A stretch of 64,000 bases of DNA from a virus: positions 15,754 to 79,753 of IMG/VR virus record IMGVR_UViG_3300037468_000493; one strand, given 5' to 3'. Position 1 is the stretch's first letter. Each line of letters begins with the position of its first letter. Of the stretch, positions 19,311-29,343 are shown one piece after another. The translations under genes were made by a program, and so were the position numbers. The notes beneath the pieces were generated by a model. It had not been told where the DNA came from, did not search any database, and saw only the letters and a program-made list of their open reading frames with translations.

Positions 19311-20004
19311 TTTAGTGGCTGCCCTGCCAAAGTTAGGGGGCTTTAATCGCCTAGAGAAGGAGGAATACTACCGCCTATTCCTGCAAAGCTCAGAGGATAC
19401 CGTAGCCCTGCTGACCATCGCCGCCGAGATTGCCGCCGACAAGGGCTGGAGCCAGGAAGAAGCGATCACCCGGCTCCAAAACATGGAGACGGGTAGCCCT
19501 GAAGATTTATTGGCGCTATCCGACCATCTCCCCCGCATCCTAGAGTTTGACCAGGCTAAGAAGCGGGCCAAAATCATGGAAGGGTTTGCCCTCGCCCAAC
19601 TCATACTCATTTCGCGTTTGCCCGTGGCGTGGATTCGGGGCCAGTCTGAGGCCCTCACCGCCTACGGCATAGAGATTGACTGCGATGCCCTAGGCGAGAT
19701 TCCCCGCCGTGATTGGTTATCCAGTGAAGTGCGCCGGGGGGCGATCGCCCAAATAGTCGACCTATTGCCCGAACAGTTTATCCGGCCCCTCGAAGACTTT
19801 GCCATTGCAGAATTAAACGAAGGCCGCACCGACTATGTTTCATCTGAGGATAGGGACGAAACCCCTTTAGTCGTGCCCAGCGAATCCTTAGCGAATGCCG
19901 CACCGCCTGCGACAGAGAGCGTGAGTTCTGGGATAAATGCTACTTCCGAATCCAGAGCGCTGGTGTTCAAGACCCCTGTTACCACTGGCAAGAAATCGGC
20001 CTAA
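19297..20004 (+). CDS. Tail assembly chaperone (gpG-like)
   Basis: Position before tape measure gene; slippery heptamer CCCTTTA at 19863-19869. Confidence 0.7.
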   Translation: MKVLDLVAALPKLGGFNRLEKEEYYRLFLQSSEDTVALLTIAAEIAADKGWSQEEAITRLQNMETGSPEDLLALSDHLPRILEFDQAKKRAKIMEGFALAQLILISRLPVAWIRGQSEALTAYGIEIDCDALGEIPRRDWLSSEVRRGAIAQIVDLLPEQFIRPLEDFAIAELNEGRTDYVSSEDRDETPLVVPSESLANAAPPATESVSSGINATSESRALVFKTPVTTGKKSA

Positions 20005-20303
20005 CCCCTATCTGGCGAGTCCGGCAAATGGTATCGACGCTGATTGAGCAAGACGAACTAAAGGCCAGGGCTGGCAGCTATGCGATCGCCCGATTTGCCC
20101 TGACTCAAATCAGCCGCAAGGGCACCAAGATATCCATTGAAGACTTCATGCCCTACAGCGATCCCAACGCCGCGCAGAAGCAGGGTGAAGGTATCCCGGC
20201 AAAGACCGTGGCAATCATGCGGCAATTGGTCAAGGGGCGAGCGTTACCAGCACGGGTGGAGGCGGCAGCAATACGGGCATTAGGAGGAATGGGCGATGGC
20301 TGA
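19863..20303 (+). CDS. -1 frameshift extension of the tail chaperone (gpGT-like)
   Basis: The -1 frame is open from C CCT TTA straight into the 20028-20303 ORF. Confidence 0.75.
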   Translation, partial: PFSRAQRILSECRTACDREREFWDKCYFRIQSAGVQDPCYHWQEIGLTPIWRVRQMVSTLIEQDELKARAGSYAIARFALTQISRKGTKISIEDFMPYSDPNAAQKQGEGIPAKTVAIMRQLVKGRALPARVEAAAIRALGGMGDG

Positions 20304-23300
20304 CTTAGGAGAATTAGTCCTCAGGCTTAGGGTTGATGACAGTCAGTACGCCCGAGACCTACTCAGGGCCAAGGCCCAGGCTGCTGCGCTCAAAGATATC
20401 CGGGTTGGCCTCCGGGTTGACAATAGCCAGTACACCCGAGACCTACTCAAAGCCAGGGCAGAAGCTCAGTCGCTCAAAGATATCCGGGTTGGTCTACAGC
20501 TTGACAGCAGCCAATACACCCGCGACTTACTCAGCGCCAGGGCACAGGCTGAAGCGCTCAAAGATATCCGGGTTAATCTCCGGGCTGATGGACTGGGGGG
20601 CGTTGATGCTGGCCTACAGAGAGTCGGAACCAGTACCCGTGATGTGAGGACATCGTTCTCTGTCTTGCAGGGGGCGATCCAGGGCGCAGCCCAGGCCATC
20701 ACCCAAAGCCTGATTCAGATCGGCGGGTCATTGCTAAAGCTCCCTCTCAACATTGTGGGTGGGTCGCTTAACAGCTTTGCAGAATTAGAGACAGAGTTGG
20801 TAAACTTAGGCGCAAAGACTACCCTGGGCAGAGAGGGCATACAACCCATCGCTGATGAAATCCAGAGGCTTGGCCAAGAATCAACAAAAACATCAGTAGA
20901 AGTCGCCCAGGCCGCAAATACTTTATCTCAGCTAGGCGTAGCGCCTGATGAGATTCAAAAGCAACTTGCAGGGGTGGTGAAACTATCTGAAGCTACAGGG
21001 GCAGGCTTGGTGGAGGCCGCTAAGCTTAGTACAGGTGCCGCTAAGACTTTTGGATTTTCAGCTGACGAAATCGCCGATCGATTGGCATCTTTAGCTATTG
21101 ACACCGCTGCGGATGTTGGAGACGTTCAACAGCTTTTACAACAAACTAGCGGTATTTTTAATCAGTTAGGAGATTCAGCAGATCCCGACGAACTATTAGC
21201 TTTTTTTGCTACACTCATCGATGCAAACATAAACCCAGAAGTGGCGGCTACAGGTTTAAGGTCAGTAATTGAAACATTAGTAGACCCCAAAAAAGCTGAC
21301 GAATTAAAAGAGCTAGGAGTTGACGCATTCGACGCAACAGGAAATTTCCTAGGGTTTGACACTGTACTCAGGCAATTGGCAGCAACGCAAAAAACCTTGA
21401 ACCCTCAAGATTTCACAGGTAAACTTCTTAGCGCTTTTGGGGCTGGAGGTATTTCAGCAATTACAGGAGGACTAGGCGGTTTAGATAAAAACTTTAATAA
21501 AACACTTGATGGACTAGAAAACTCTACTGGCAAAACTGATGTAATTAAAGAAGAGCTACAAAAAGGACTTCCAGCCGCTATAGAACAATTTGGCGGATCC
21601 CTGAACACGCTTGATGTTGCATTTGGCGCATCAATCGCCCCCATTCAAGAAGGGATATTACGACTAGGGACAACGTTGCTTAATACCTTAAGCAAGTCCG
21701 ACATTTTTGATCAGCTTACTACCGCGTCAAATGGTTTCTTTAAGGCACTGCAAAGCAATGAAGGGTTTGTTGCAGAGCTAGGCAAAACCCTCGTTTCCAC
21801 ATTTGGATCAGTCCTTAACGCCATTGCATCCGTCGTCACTCGAATCACAAACGAATTTATAGCTAACCCTGAAGAGATCCTGGCCCGTGTTCAAGGTTTT
21901 GTGACTCAAGCTGGAGTCGTGATCACCAACGCCATTCTTGGGGCCGGTGCTGCCTTTCAGTTTATCGTCCAAAACTTTGATGAAATCGTCGCCGGGGTGC
22001 AGGCCCTGGGGGTTGTCATTGCCGCCGCGCTGGCAGGCAATGTCATTGCCGGGGTAGTCTCGTTTGGGGCGACCCTAGTCAGCATTGCCTCCACCGTCCT
22101 CCCGGTTGTCATCGGCGCATTTACCGCGCTATCAGGCACCGTCTCCGGGCTACTGCTGGCATTCCAGGCGGGGGGCATCGCCGGGGTAGTGTCTAGCCTT
22201 GGCGCTACCTTCTCCCTGTTCGCGGCATCGTTGGCCCCGCTACTGCCCATCATTGCCGCCGTGGCTGGGGCGATCGCATTAATCGTCGTCGCGTTCAAGG
22301 CATTGCGGTCGGAGCGGGGCCAGGAAGTTCTAAGTGCGATCGGGGCCACGGCCAAAGAATTGTTTGACTCATTCCGCAATAGTGAACCCGTGAAGGCGTT
22401 CTTAAATCTGCTGGATTCAATCAGGGATCTGGGAGTTGCGCTCATCCCAGTTATCCAAAATGTAGTCGGGGAAATGATTCGATTTGGCGGCGTTGGGATT
22501 GAAAATATAAAGTCAGCTTTTGCCTCAACGGGAATTAGCGTCAATGATATTTATAAAACATTTTTACTCTTAAATCCTGTTTTTGCCGGTGCAATTGCCC
22601 TTTCCAAAACATTGCTTTCAATCGTTACTGACATTCTCAATCAGACCGCCACTGTCATTGACAACCTCACCGCTGCTATCAGTGGGCCGAAGACACTTGA
22701 AGTATCAGGAGTCGATGGGCTAGGCGACTCGCTGAGGGAGGGGGCCAATGCTCTAGGGACAGCAGGGAAAAACATAGCGGATGTCGCCAAGCCCCCCGCA
22801 GCAACCCCCGCAGCAACCCCCGCAGAACCTCCCGCTGGCCCCACCCGTGACCTTGCTGCTGAGCAAAAAGCTGCCGCCGATGCCCTTGCCGCTGCTGAGC
22901 AAAAAGCTGCCGCCGATGCCCTTGCCGCTGCTGAGAAAAAGGCCGAGGACGACAAGAACGCCCGACAGACCGCCTTTGACAATGCCCGCATTGCCCGTGA
23001 CATCGCCGCCGAAGATGCCAAACTAGCCCGTCAACAAGCCTTCGAGGATACCAAACGCGCCAATGCCCTTGCCTTAGAATCTGAGATTGAAAGCCGCAAG
23101 ATAGCGACCGAGCAGGCGATCGAGGCCATCAAAGAAGAGGGCCGCCGCCGGGAGGAAGAATTTAACGCCCGCCAAAATGCTGACAAGCTAGCCTTCGAGG
23201 ATGACCTGGCTAAGCGTAAAAACGCCGCTGAGCGCCAGTTTGCCCTAGACGAAGCTGAAACACTGGACGAGCGGAACAAGCTGGTTGAGGGCTTCGCCGC

Positions 23301-24024
23301 CGAAGATCGCAAGGCCGCTGTTCTGGCCCCCTTCGAGCAAGAACAGCGAGACTTTGAGGCACAGCAGTTAGAAGATAAGCGCATCTTTGAAGAACAGCAA
23401 CGCGCCCTTGATGCCGAAGCTGAAGAACTTAAGCGCCAGTCTGAGCTAGAAATCAACGCCCTCAACCTTGAAGCCAAAAATCAAGAGATTGCCCTAGAGC
23501 GTGACTTCCAAAACAATGAACGCACCCTTGATCGCCAAGCCAAAGAACAGGAGCGGGCTAGGGAGGCATCTTTTAACGCCACCGAGCGCAGGCTAGATGA
23601 AGAATCTGCCCGAAGGATTGAGGCGCTCAAGTCCGGCAACGACGCCGCCGCCGTCACTGCCTTCCGTCGGGGTGGCACCTTCGCCGCTGGCCAAAACATT
23701 CTCGCTGGGGAGGCTGGCCCAGAACTGCTCAAAGTCGGCGGTAAGCAAGCCCTGGTCACCGAACCCAGCCTCATGCGCTTTGACTCCCCTGGCCGCGTCA
23801 CTTCCGCACCCTCCACCCGGCGCAAGCTATCCCAGGGGCAACTAGCCAGGGCAGGGGCTGGGGGTGAGCTCAAGGCCATGCGCAAGGCTCTGGAGCGATC
23901 GCTAGCTAGGCCCCCCGCCGACATCAACACCACAGTCCAGGTGCAAGGGCTCAGTGCCGATCAGGTACGGCGACAATTGGCTATGCACCAGTCCGACTTA
24001 TACCGCAGCCTAGGGGGCCTCTGA
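20296..24024 (+). CDS. Tape measure protein
   Basis: 1242 aa; MADLGELVLRLRVD start, TP901-like core, hydrophobic stretch, coiled coil, AGEAGPELL motif. Confidence 0.9.
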   Translation: MADLGELVLRLRVDDSQYARDLLRAKAQAAALKDIRVGLRVDNSQYTRDLLKARAEAQSLKDIRVGLQLDSSQYTRDLLSARAQAEALKDIRVNLRADGLGGVDAGLQRVGTSTRDVRTSFSVLQGAIQGAAQAITQSLIQIGGSLLKLPLNIVGGSLNSFAELETELVNLGAKTTLGREGIQPIADEIQRLGQESTKTSVEVAQAANTLSQLGVAPDEIQKQLAGVVKLSEATGAGLVEAAKLSTGAAKTFGFSADEIADRLASLAIDTAADVGDVQQLLQQTSGIFNQLGDSADPDELLAFFATLIDANINPEVAATGLRSVIETLVDPKKADELKELGVDAFDATGNFLGFDTVLRQLAATQKTLNPQDFTGKLLSAFGAGGISAITGGLGGLDKNFNKTLDGLENSTGKTDVIKEELQKGLPAAIEQFGGSLNTLDVAFGASIAPIQEGILRLGTTLLNTLSKSDIFDQLTTASNGFFKALQSNEGFVAELGKTLVSTFGSVLNAIASVVTRITNEFIANPEEILARVQGFVTQAGVVITNAILGAGAAFQFIVQNFDEIVAGVQALGVVIAAALAGNVIAGVVSFGATLVSIASTVLPVVIGAFTALSGTVSGLLLAFQAGGIAGVVSSLGATFSLFAASLAPLLPIIAAVAGAIALIVVAFKALRSERGQEVLSAIGATAKELFDSFRNSEPVKAFLNLLDSIRDLGVALIPVIQNVVGEMIRFGGVGIENIKSAFASTGISVNDIYKTFLLLNPVFAGAIALSKTLLSIVTDILNQTATVIDNLTAAISGPKTLEVSGVDGLGDSLREGANALGTAGKNIADVAKPPAATPAATPAEPPAGPTRDLAAEQKAAADALAAAEQKAAADALAAAEKKAEDDKNARQTAFDNARIARDIAAEDAKLARQQAFEDTKRANALALESEIESRKIATEQAIEAIKEEGRRREEEFNARQNADKLAFEDDLAKRKNAAERQFALDEAETLDERNKLVEGFAAEDRKAAVLAPFEQEQRDFEAQQLEDKRIFEEQQRALDAEAEELKRQSELEINALNLEAKNQEIALERDFQNNERTLDRQAKEQERAREASFNATERRLDEESARRIEALKSGNDAAAVTAFRRGGTFAAGQNILAGEAGPELLKVGGKQALVTEPSLMRFDSPGRVTSAPSTRRKLSQGQLARAGAGGELKAMRKALERSLARPPADINTTVQVQGLSADQVRRQLAMHQSDLYRSLGGL

Positions 24025-24500
24025 TGTCCAATAAATTTACGCTGATTCTTGCAGGGCAGACCAGCATCGTCCTTACCCATTCCGCCGGTCAGTTATTTGC
24101 CCCCGCGCAGCTAGGATTCACCAGCGTAGGCGACACCAATCTTCGAGGCATCTCCCTAGTCGGCGCTACCCCGGTGCAACCGCTCGACCTGGTCTTCGAC
24201 GCGGCTTTGACCAATGCACAATTCTGTACCTTCCAGCAGTTTGCCTACCAGCAAGAGGTGGGGGGCCAGAAGGGCGATATCGTGCTTAGGAATGAATGGT
24301 ACAGAATCAACGCTAACTGGGCTGCCGTCAATAATCGATCAACCGTGGGCAGCGCTGTCACTACCGCAGGCATCTCCCAGAGCTACGTTCAGTATCCTGT
24401 GCTTCTACTGTTGCCAGAGGATTGGTTTGAGCCCCTGGGCCAGAACAGCGGGGGGCAGTGGTGGTCGGTGAAGTTTACGGCGAAAGAGTTGACGGCTTAG
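24024..24500 (+). CDS. Putative distal tail protein
   Basis: 158 aa directly after TMP; ends VKFTAKE. Confidence 0.55.
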   Translation: MSNKFTLILAGQTSIVLTHSAGQLFAPAQLGFTSVGDTNLRGISLVGATPVQPLDLVFDAALTNAQFCTFQQFAYQQEVGGQKGDIVLRNEWYRINANWAAVNNRSTVGSAVTTAGISQSYVQYPVLLLLPEDWFEPLGQNSGGQWWSVKFTAKELTA

Positions 24501-24794
24501 CGCCGCGACACCAATAGCCGCGCTCTCATATCCACGTCAACCCACCAGGTTCTACACTGTCGGCAGAAGTCAGCGTCTAGGCCTGGGATCTGCATTGGGT
24601 GGTTGCATCGGCCTGTATTGGGGCGTTCAACAGATGGCGTCAGTTCAAACATAGCCGGGACGCATAAATGTAGGCGTTGACCAAGGTGCCAACGTGTTGC
24701 TTTTGATCCGGGGTAAGCCCGGAGTCAACCAGGGCGGCAAGGGCTTCACTGGCTAGGGCGGTGCAGTCTGCGATCGTGGCCGGGGGTTGGGTGG

Positions 24795-26873
24795 TCATGG
24801 GGCATCTAGAACACGGTTCAATAGCGGAAAGTCATATTCTTCTAAACTTTGCTGATATGCAGTAAAGTACGTTTGAACCTTAATCCTTTCTTTCTCATCA
24901 TGATTAAGCTTTTGGTTAAGGTTTGATTCAATTAGCCATGTACTTAATTTTCCAGCCCGGTTGACCTGGAAATTATGATCAACTTGCCCTAACGGCTTGC
25001 CATCTTTGCCATCTAATAAAGCTGGATCGCCTGTCCTCGGGTCTTCCCCTACTATCTTTGCGTTTGTTACAGGACAGTGACCGTGGTAGCGAAAATGAAC
25101 AAAGCGAACATGAAGATCTCTGACCTTTTCACTCACCCTGTCACGTTTGTTCCGAAGTTCTTCTCCTAGCTGTTGACGGATCTCCTCAACAGAGCCGCCA
25201 ATGCTAGCCATCCCATTTTCTAGATTGTTTATCTTTGCCAGCCATTCAACAGATTCTTGATATCCTGTAGGCTCCCAATGCTCTAGATTATTGATTGTTG
25301 ACTGAAGTTTGAGTATGGTAGCTTCAATGCGATCGAATCCCTTTTTATTCTCATCCTGGCCTCGAACAATCAGGGCTGTAACCTTCTCAAACTCTGCCTT
25401 TAACTCTGGAATGAATTGAGATGGCAGCGCTGCATTTATCCCGTTGTTACCAACAGCAGGATCTTCTAGGCGAGATGCTTCCGAGTTTAGCTGCCGTTCT
25501 AGCCCCCGGTCTTTGATGCCCTTGACTTGCGAAGCCAGCTTATTATTGTATCGAGCATCGCCCAGGTAATCCAAAGCCAGCCAAGCTGGAACCAGGTGCT
25601 TCTCTGATGGTTTCAGGATAAACCCATGATTGGCCAAGGCGTGGCGCAGTGTGCCTTCGTCTCGGTTTCGCCCACCTGCTTTGATCCCGATCGCAAGCCG
25701 GTGATCGGTAGCACCTTCTACCCGGTAAAACTCCACGCCGCTGTACTCAGCCAATGCCGATAGCTCCAGGGGAAGTCCGGTAGTCGATTTCAAATCGACT
25801 ACCGGAATCAAAATCTGCTTGTCGGCTAATGCAAAGCTATCCACAAAGTCTTTTGGCCTTGACTCGCCTGTCTTAAACAGGCTCAGCGTGGAAGCACGAT
25901 AAAGCGGGATACCCATAAACTCTACATCGGGTGCTGGCAGCTTACCATCAGCTACAGCCGCCGCAAACTCTGCAAGGGTAGGGGCGATGTTGGGGTCTAT
26001 GCCGTGGCTCGCCTCTCTGTGCTCTGGCTGAAGTGCAGAGCGTGGCGTGTTGACGATAGCCCTGGAGTCTTGGTCTATGCCGTGGCTCGGTTCGCTGCTC
26101 GCTGGCTGAATAGCTTCGGTAACCTGGGCTTTGATTGGACTTGATCTACGGGCTTTGGTCTGTGGAGGGGCATTGACAATAGGCGACACAGCGATCGCAT
26201 CATCCCAATCAAAGACTCTGCCCCTGTATTTTGAAAACGCCTCAATCAACTGGCGGCTGTAGTAGGTGTTGGCTCCGCAACGCTTGTACCACTTGCCACC
26301 CCCAGAGGGATCTAAGTATTTTATGCGAAATTCTCTTTTACAAGCCAGGATTGAGGCGTTACAAGAGTCGCAGGGATCTTCCCCGCCATATCCGAACCCA
26401 GCCGCAACCGCGTCAACCCGCAACCACTCCGTCGGCTCAACATTAGCAGGGAAAAACGCTGATATATCATCTTGAGCCTGAGCACTGGTGAGAGGCTTCT
26501 GCTCAACTGGGGATGGGGTGCTCACCCGTGGCTCAGGCTCTATCCATCCATCCCGTTCGGCCTGCCACCTGGTAACCTGATCAGCGTAATCCTTCTTCTC
26601 TTTTGGAATAAACGGCGTCAATTCTGGCAACGGCGTCAATTCTGGCTCGGCCATGAGCGCAAACAATGGCAACGGCTCAGCAGTGCTGCGGTTGTGGCCT
26701 GGCGGAAAGTCACGAGCAGCCCACTTGCAATTACTGCACTCATACCTAAACCCGTTCTTCTTTTTGTCACGTCGCGTCGTGTTGTGCCCGCAGTTTTCGC
26801 ACCTTCTAACGTGCAGACCAGTAACCGACACTACCCATTTTTCAGTTAATCCGGACGCACTCAATCCACTCAT
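24795..26873 (-). CDS. Multidomain protein: N-terminal Zn ribbon, coiled coil, C-terminal HNH-like segment (antirepressor-like)
   Basis: CENC...CSNC; HCPVT...QVDHNF...LNQKL. Confidence 0.55.
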   Translation of the reverse strand: MSGLSASGLTEKWVVSVTGLHVRRCENCGHNTTRRDKKKNGFRYECSNCKWAARDFPPGHNRSTAEPLPLFALMAEPELTPLPELTPFIPKEKKDYADQVTRWQAERDGWIEPEPRVSTPSPVEQKPLTSAQAQDDISAFFPANVEPTEWLRVDAVAAGFGYGGEDPCDSCNASILACKREFRIKYLDPSGGGKWYKRCGANTYYSRQLIEAFSKYRGRVFDWDDAIAVSPIVNAPPQTKARRSSPIKAQVTEAIQPASSEPSHGIDQDSRAIVNTPRSALQPEHREASHGIDPNIAPTLAEFAAAVADGKLPAPDVEFMGIPLYRASTLSLFKTGESRPKDFVDSFALADKQILIPVVDLKSTTGLPLELSALAEYSGVEFYRVEGATDHRLAIGIKAGGRNRDEGTLRHALANHGFILKPSEKHLVPAWLALDYLGDARYNNKLASQVKGIKDRGLERQLNSEASRLEDPAVGNNGINAALPSQFIPELKAEFEKVTALIVRGQDENKKGFDRIEATILKLQSTINNLEHWEPTGYQESVEWLAKINNLENGMASIGGSVEEIRQQLGEELRNKRDRVSEKVRDLHVRFVHFRYHGHCPVTNAKIVGEDPRTGDPALLDGKDGKPLGQVDHNFQVNRAGKLSTWLIESNLNQKLNHDEKERIKVQTYFTAYQQSLEEYDFPLLNRVLDAP

Positions 26874-27154
26874 GTCGCAACCGTGAGATTACCACGATTC
26901 TACCATAACGGCCACACGGCCCCCCCCACCCCCCCCGGCCTGCCACCACTCGACGCAACAAACCCCCGCCATTGCTGACGGGGGTTTTGTTTGGGTGAGC
27001 CAACTTGCCAAACTCAACCCATGAGCTTCTCGAACTCTCTCCATAATACCAAAACAAAACCCCTTCGCTAGGCCAGGGGTTTCTCATCGGGGCAAGCATA
27101 CCTCTCGAGGGTGAAACCCTTGATTTACTTGGGGCTGGGGGTAATCAGCAAGCA

Positions 27155-27376
27155 TCACCCCTCGTCCATCCACAGCAGCCCTATCCACGGGGTATTCACC
27201 TCAGCCTCGCGCCGTACCCAGTCCAGGGCCACCCCAGGCCGCGCATCCTCGCTCCACCACTGACACACCGGGCGGAACGTGATCGACACCTCGCCCAACT
27301 GCCAGCAGTCTGCCACCTTCACCCCGCAAGTGTAGTAGCGGAGCCAGGGGTAAAAGGTTCGCAGTAGGGGCGGCAT
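27155..27376 (-). CDS. Small hypothetical protein
   Basis: 73 aa, TAGAAT -10 upstream. Confidence 0.4.
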   Translation of the reverse strand: MPPLLRTFYPWLRYYTCGVKVADCWQLGEVSITFRPVCQWWSEDARPGVALDWVRREAEVNTPWIGLLWMDEG

Positions 27377-27430
27377 GGCGGGGGGACTTGTGGGGCTACC
27401 GTGATTCTACCGCAGGTCACCCTCACCCTA

Positions 27431-27563
27431 CCTGTACAGGGTGTGCAGGCCATGCAGGCTCTCGTTCAAATTATTTGGCTGTGTGTGCGGCGGAATTTTT
27501 TAGGAAACACACACAGCTTCTGCGCTAAGAAACGGGGGTGTTTGGGGTGCACGGCCTGCACAG
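27431..27563 (+). repeat. 133-bp element, copy 2
   Basis: Ungapped match to copy 1. Confidence 0.95.
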
Positions 27564-27595
27564 CCCTAGCGCGATTGCTCAAAACCCTTCTGTAC

Positions 27596-27728
27596 CCTGT
27601 ACAGGGTGTGCAGGCCATGCAGGCTCTCGTTCAAATTATTTGGCTGTGTGTGCGGCGAAATTTTTTCGGAAACACACATCACTTTCACGCTAAGAAACGG
27701 GGGTGTTTGGGGTGCATGGCCTGTACAG
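27596..27728 (+). repeat. 133-bp element, copy 3 (tandem with copy 2, 165-bp period)
   Basis: Ungapped match; about 25 bp of trailing sequence also duplicated. Confidence 0.95.
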
Positions 27729-27978
27729 CCTTAGCGCGATCGCCTAAAACCCCTGTTCTCTCGTTGCGGCCATCATTGCCTGGCTCATTACTACAGGAGG
27801 CACAGGGCACTATTACCTAATCTTTTCTTATATACTTTTACTGTGTATAGACAGCACAAAACAGACCACGTTGCCGGGGTCTTTTCAAAATTGTAGCACC
27901 TTGCACAGCCCTGAACGATGCCGCCAACCCCGACCCGGCGCGGCCTAGGGTGGTGCACTACACAGTAGAGAGAGCACC

Positions 27979-28164
27979 ATGACCCTAGACCCTGGCGATC
28001 GCTGCTACTACCGCACTGCCAATTCCCTGTACCCTGCCGTCGTCGTGGGGTGCCCCATGGACGTGCTGGTGCTCCGGGTAGACTGGGGCGATCGCTGCAC
28101 TGACCTGGGCCTAGAGTGGGCACCGGGTAGCGAGGAGTGGGGCAGGATTGCGCCACCGTTCTGA
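27979..28164 (+). CDS. Small hypothetical protein
   Basis: 61 aa; GAGAG RBS; followed by terminator. Confidence 0.5.
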   Translation: MTLDPGDRCYYRTANSLYPAVVVGCPMDVLVLRVDWGDRCTDLGLEWAPGSEEWGRIAPPF

Positions 28165-28182
28165 GCCCTGGGGACAGGCACT

Positions 28183-28213
28183 AAAAAACCCCCCGGCGCT
28201 GGCCGGGGGGTTT
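28183..28213. terminator. Bidirectional intrinsic terminator
   Basis: AAAAAACCCCCCGGC-GCTG-GCCGGGGGGTTT between convergent ORFs. Confidence 0.8.
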
Positions 28214-28229
28214 GCTTTGGCCTCGTGGC

Positions 28230-28430
28230 CTAGCGCTTGAGCGCTGTAGCTGCAATCTGTAGCGCGGCGGCTACGCTTGCGTCGAAGTCCATCTCGCGTA
28301 GCCTAGCCTCGTTGTGCCGTTCCTTGATGGCGGCCATCCGTGAGCGGTGGGCTCTCAGCGCCCCCTGTAGTTGCCCTTGGATGTATTGGGCGTCGGTGGC
28401 GATTGCGTCGATCATTGTTTGGTTTTCCAT
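28230..28430 (-). CDS. Small helical hypothetical protein
   Basis: Start after GCAAGGCACCACC leader; TATAGT -10 upstream. Confidence 0.55.
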   Translation of the reverse strand: MENQTMIDAIATDAQYIQGQLQGALRAHRSRMAAIKERHNEARLREMDFDASVAAALQIAATALKR

Positions 28431-28990
28431 GGTGGTGCCTTGCGTACTACTCCTCAACTATAGCCGCGCAATAGCCCACAGCCAAAACCCTTGCACCTAG
28501 GGCGTTTCAGACCCCAGCACCGGCAAAACTCTCAGAAAATACCCCTAAATCTGGCCCTGGGATCGCTGTTTTTGAGGCTACCTAGTACAAACGGTCATAA
28601 AGGTTTTGCAAAGCAAATGGCGTATCTTTATAAAGCCAAGTTAAAGCACCCTGACAAATGTACTACCCTTACCAGAACCCTTGCGGGGTGGGGCTTTGGG
28701 GCGTCAACAGGCTTTACGCAGTCTTTATATAAAGGTTGAGGATTGGGCTCAAACCCTTGCGGGGCGTGGCTTTGAAAACTTCACAGTAGGGCAGGCTTCA
28801 CGGTGGGTTTGTGTGGCTGGGAGAAGGCGCGACCTGGGCCATAGCCATTCGCCATAGGTCTTCCCGTCCACGCCAACTGTACCGGGGTTCTGATTGACAA
28901 GGCCATAGTTGGCAGCCCTACCCTGCGGTGTTGCAAAGGCTATGGCACAGATCGCCCTACCATTCTACCAAGCGACCCCCAGCAGTTAGG

Positions 28991-29326
28991 CTAGAGAAGT
29001 GGGCCAGGCTGGAGCGCATAGCGGGGCAGGGAGGAGTATTGAACAAAAAAAGGCACCCCTGCCAATAGGTCTACGCCATCAAAAACATCAGAGGCTAGCC
29101 CCTCCGGCTTTACCAATGCCCATCCCTCGATACACTCAATTGGTTCGCACCAGGTAGTAGTACGAGGGGCGCTCGGATCTAGTTCACCTGTGGCGGCATT
29201 TCGCCCAATCAGCCCAGCCTCATCAATTGCTGCTGGATTGTAGTCCGTGATTGCAGCACGAATATTGCCATCAATGACGGATTGGGCGGATTGGGCGTCT
29301 TCAAGAGTTTGAAACAATAAGTACAT
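28991..29326 (-). CDS. Hypothetical protein
   Basis: 111 aa, last gene of head operon. Confidence 0.6.
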   Translation of the reverse strand: MYLLFQTLEDAQSAQSVIDGNIRAAITDYNPAAIDEAGLIGRNAATGELDPSAPRTTTWCEPIECIEGWALVKPEGLASDVFDGVDLLAGVPFFVQYSSLPRYALQPGPLL

Positions 29327-29343
29327 AATTCACCTAGCGTGAT

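Noticed and set aside
20333-23933. Numerous antisense and alternate-frame ORFs over the TMP and other long genes
   Set aside because: Shadow ORFs expected in GC-rich coding DNA; no RBS or motifs
27431-27755. Tandem repeat as a CRISPR array
   Set aside because: Units are 133-165 bp, only two in tandem, the intervening sequence is also duplicated, and no cas genes are present
27401-27820. 139-aa ORF, and similar ORFs at 58718-59155, 59966-60553 and 60339-60581
   Set aside because: They are translations of the 133-bp element with no independent coding evidence
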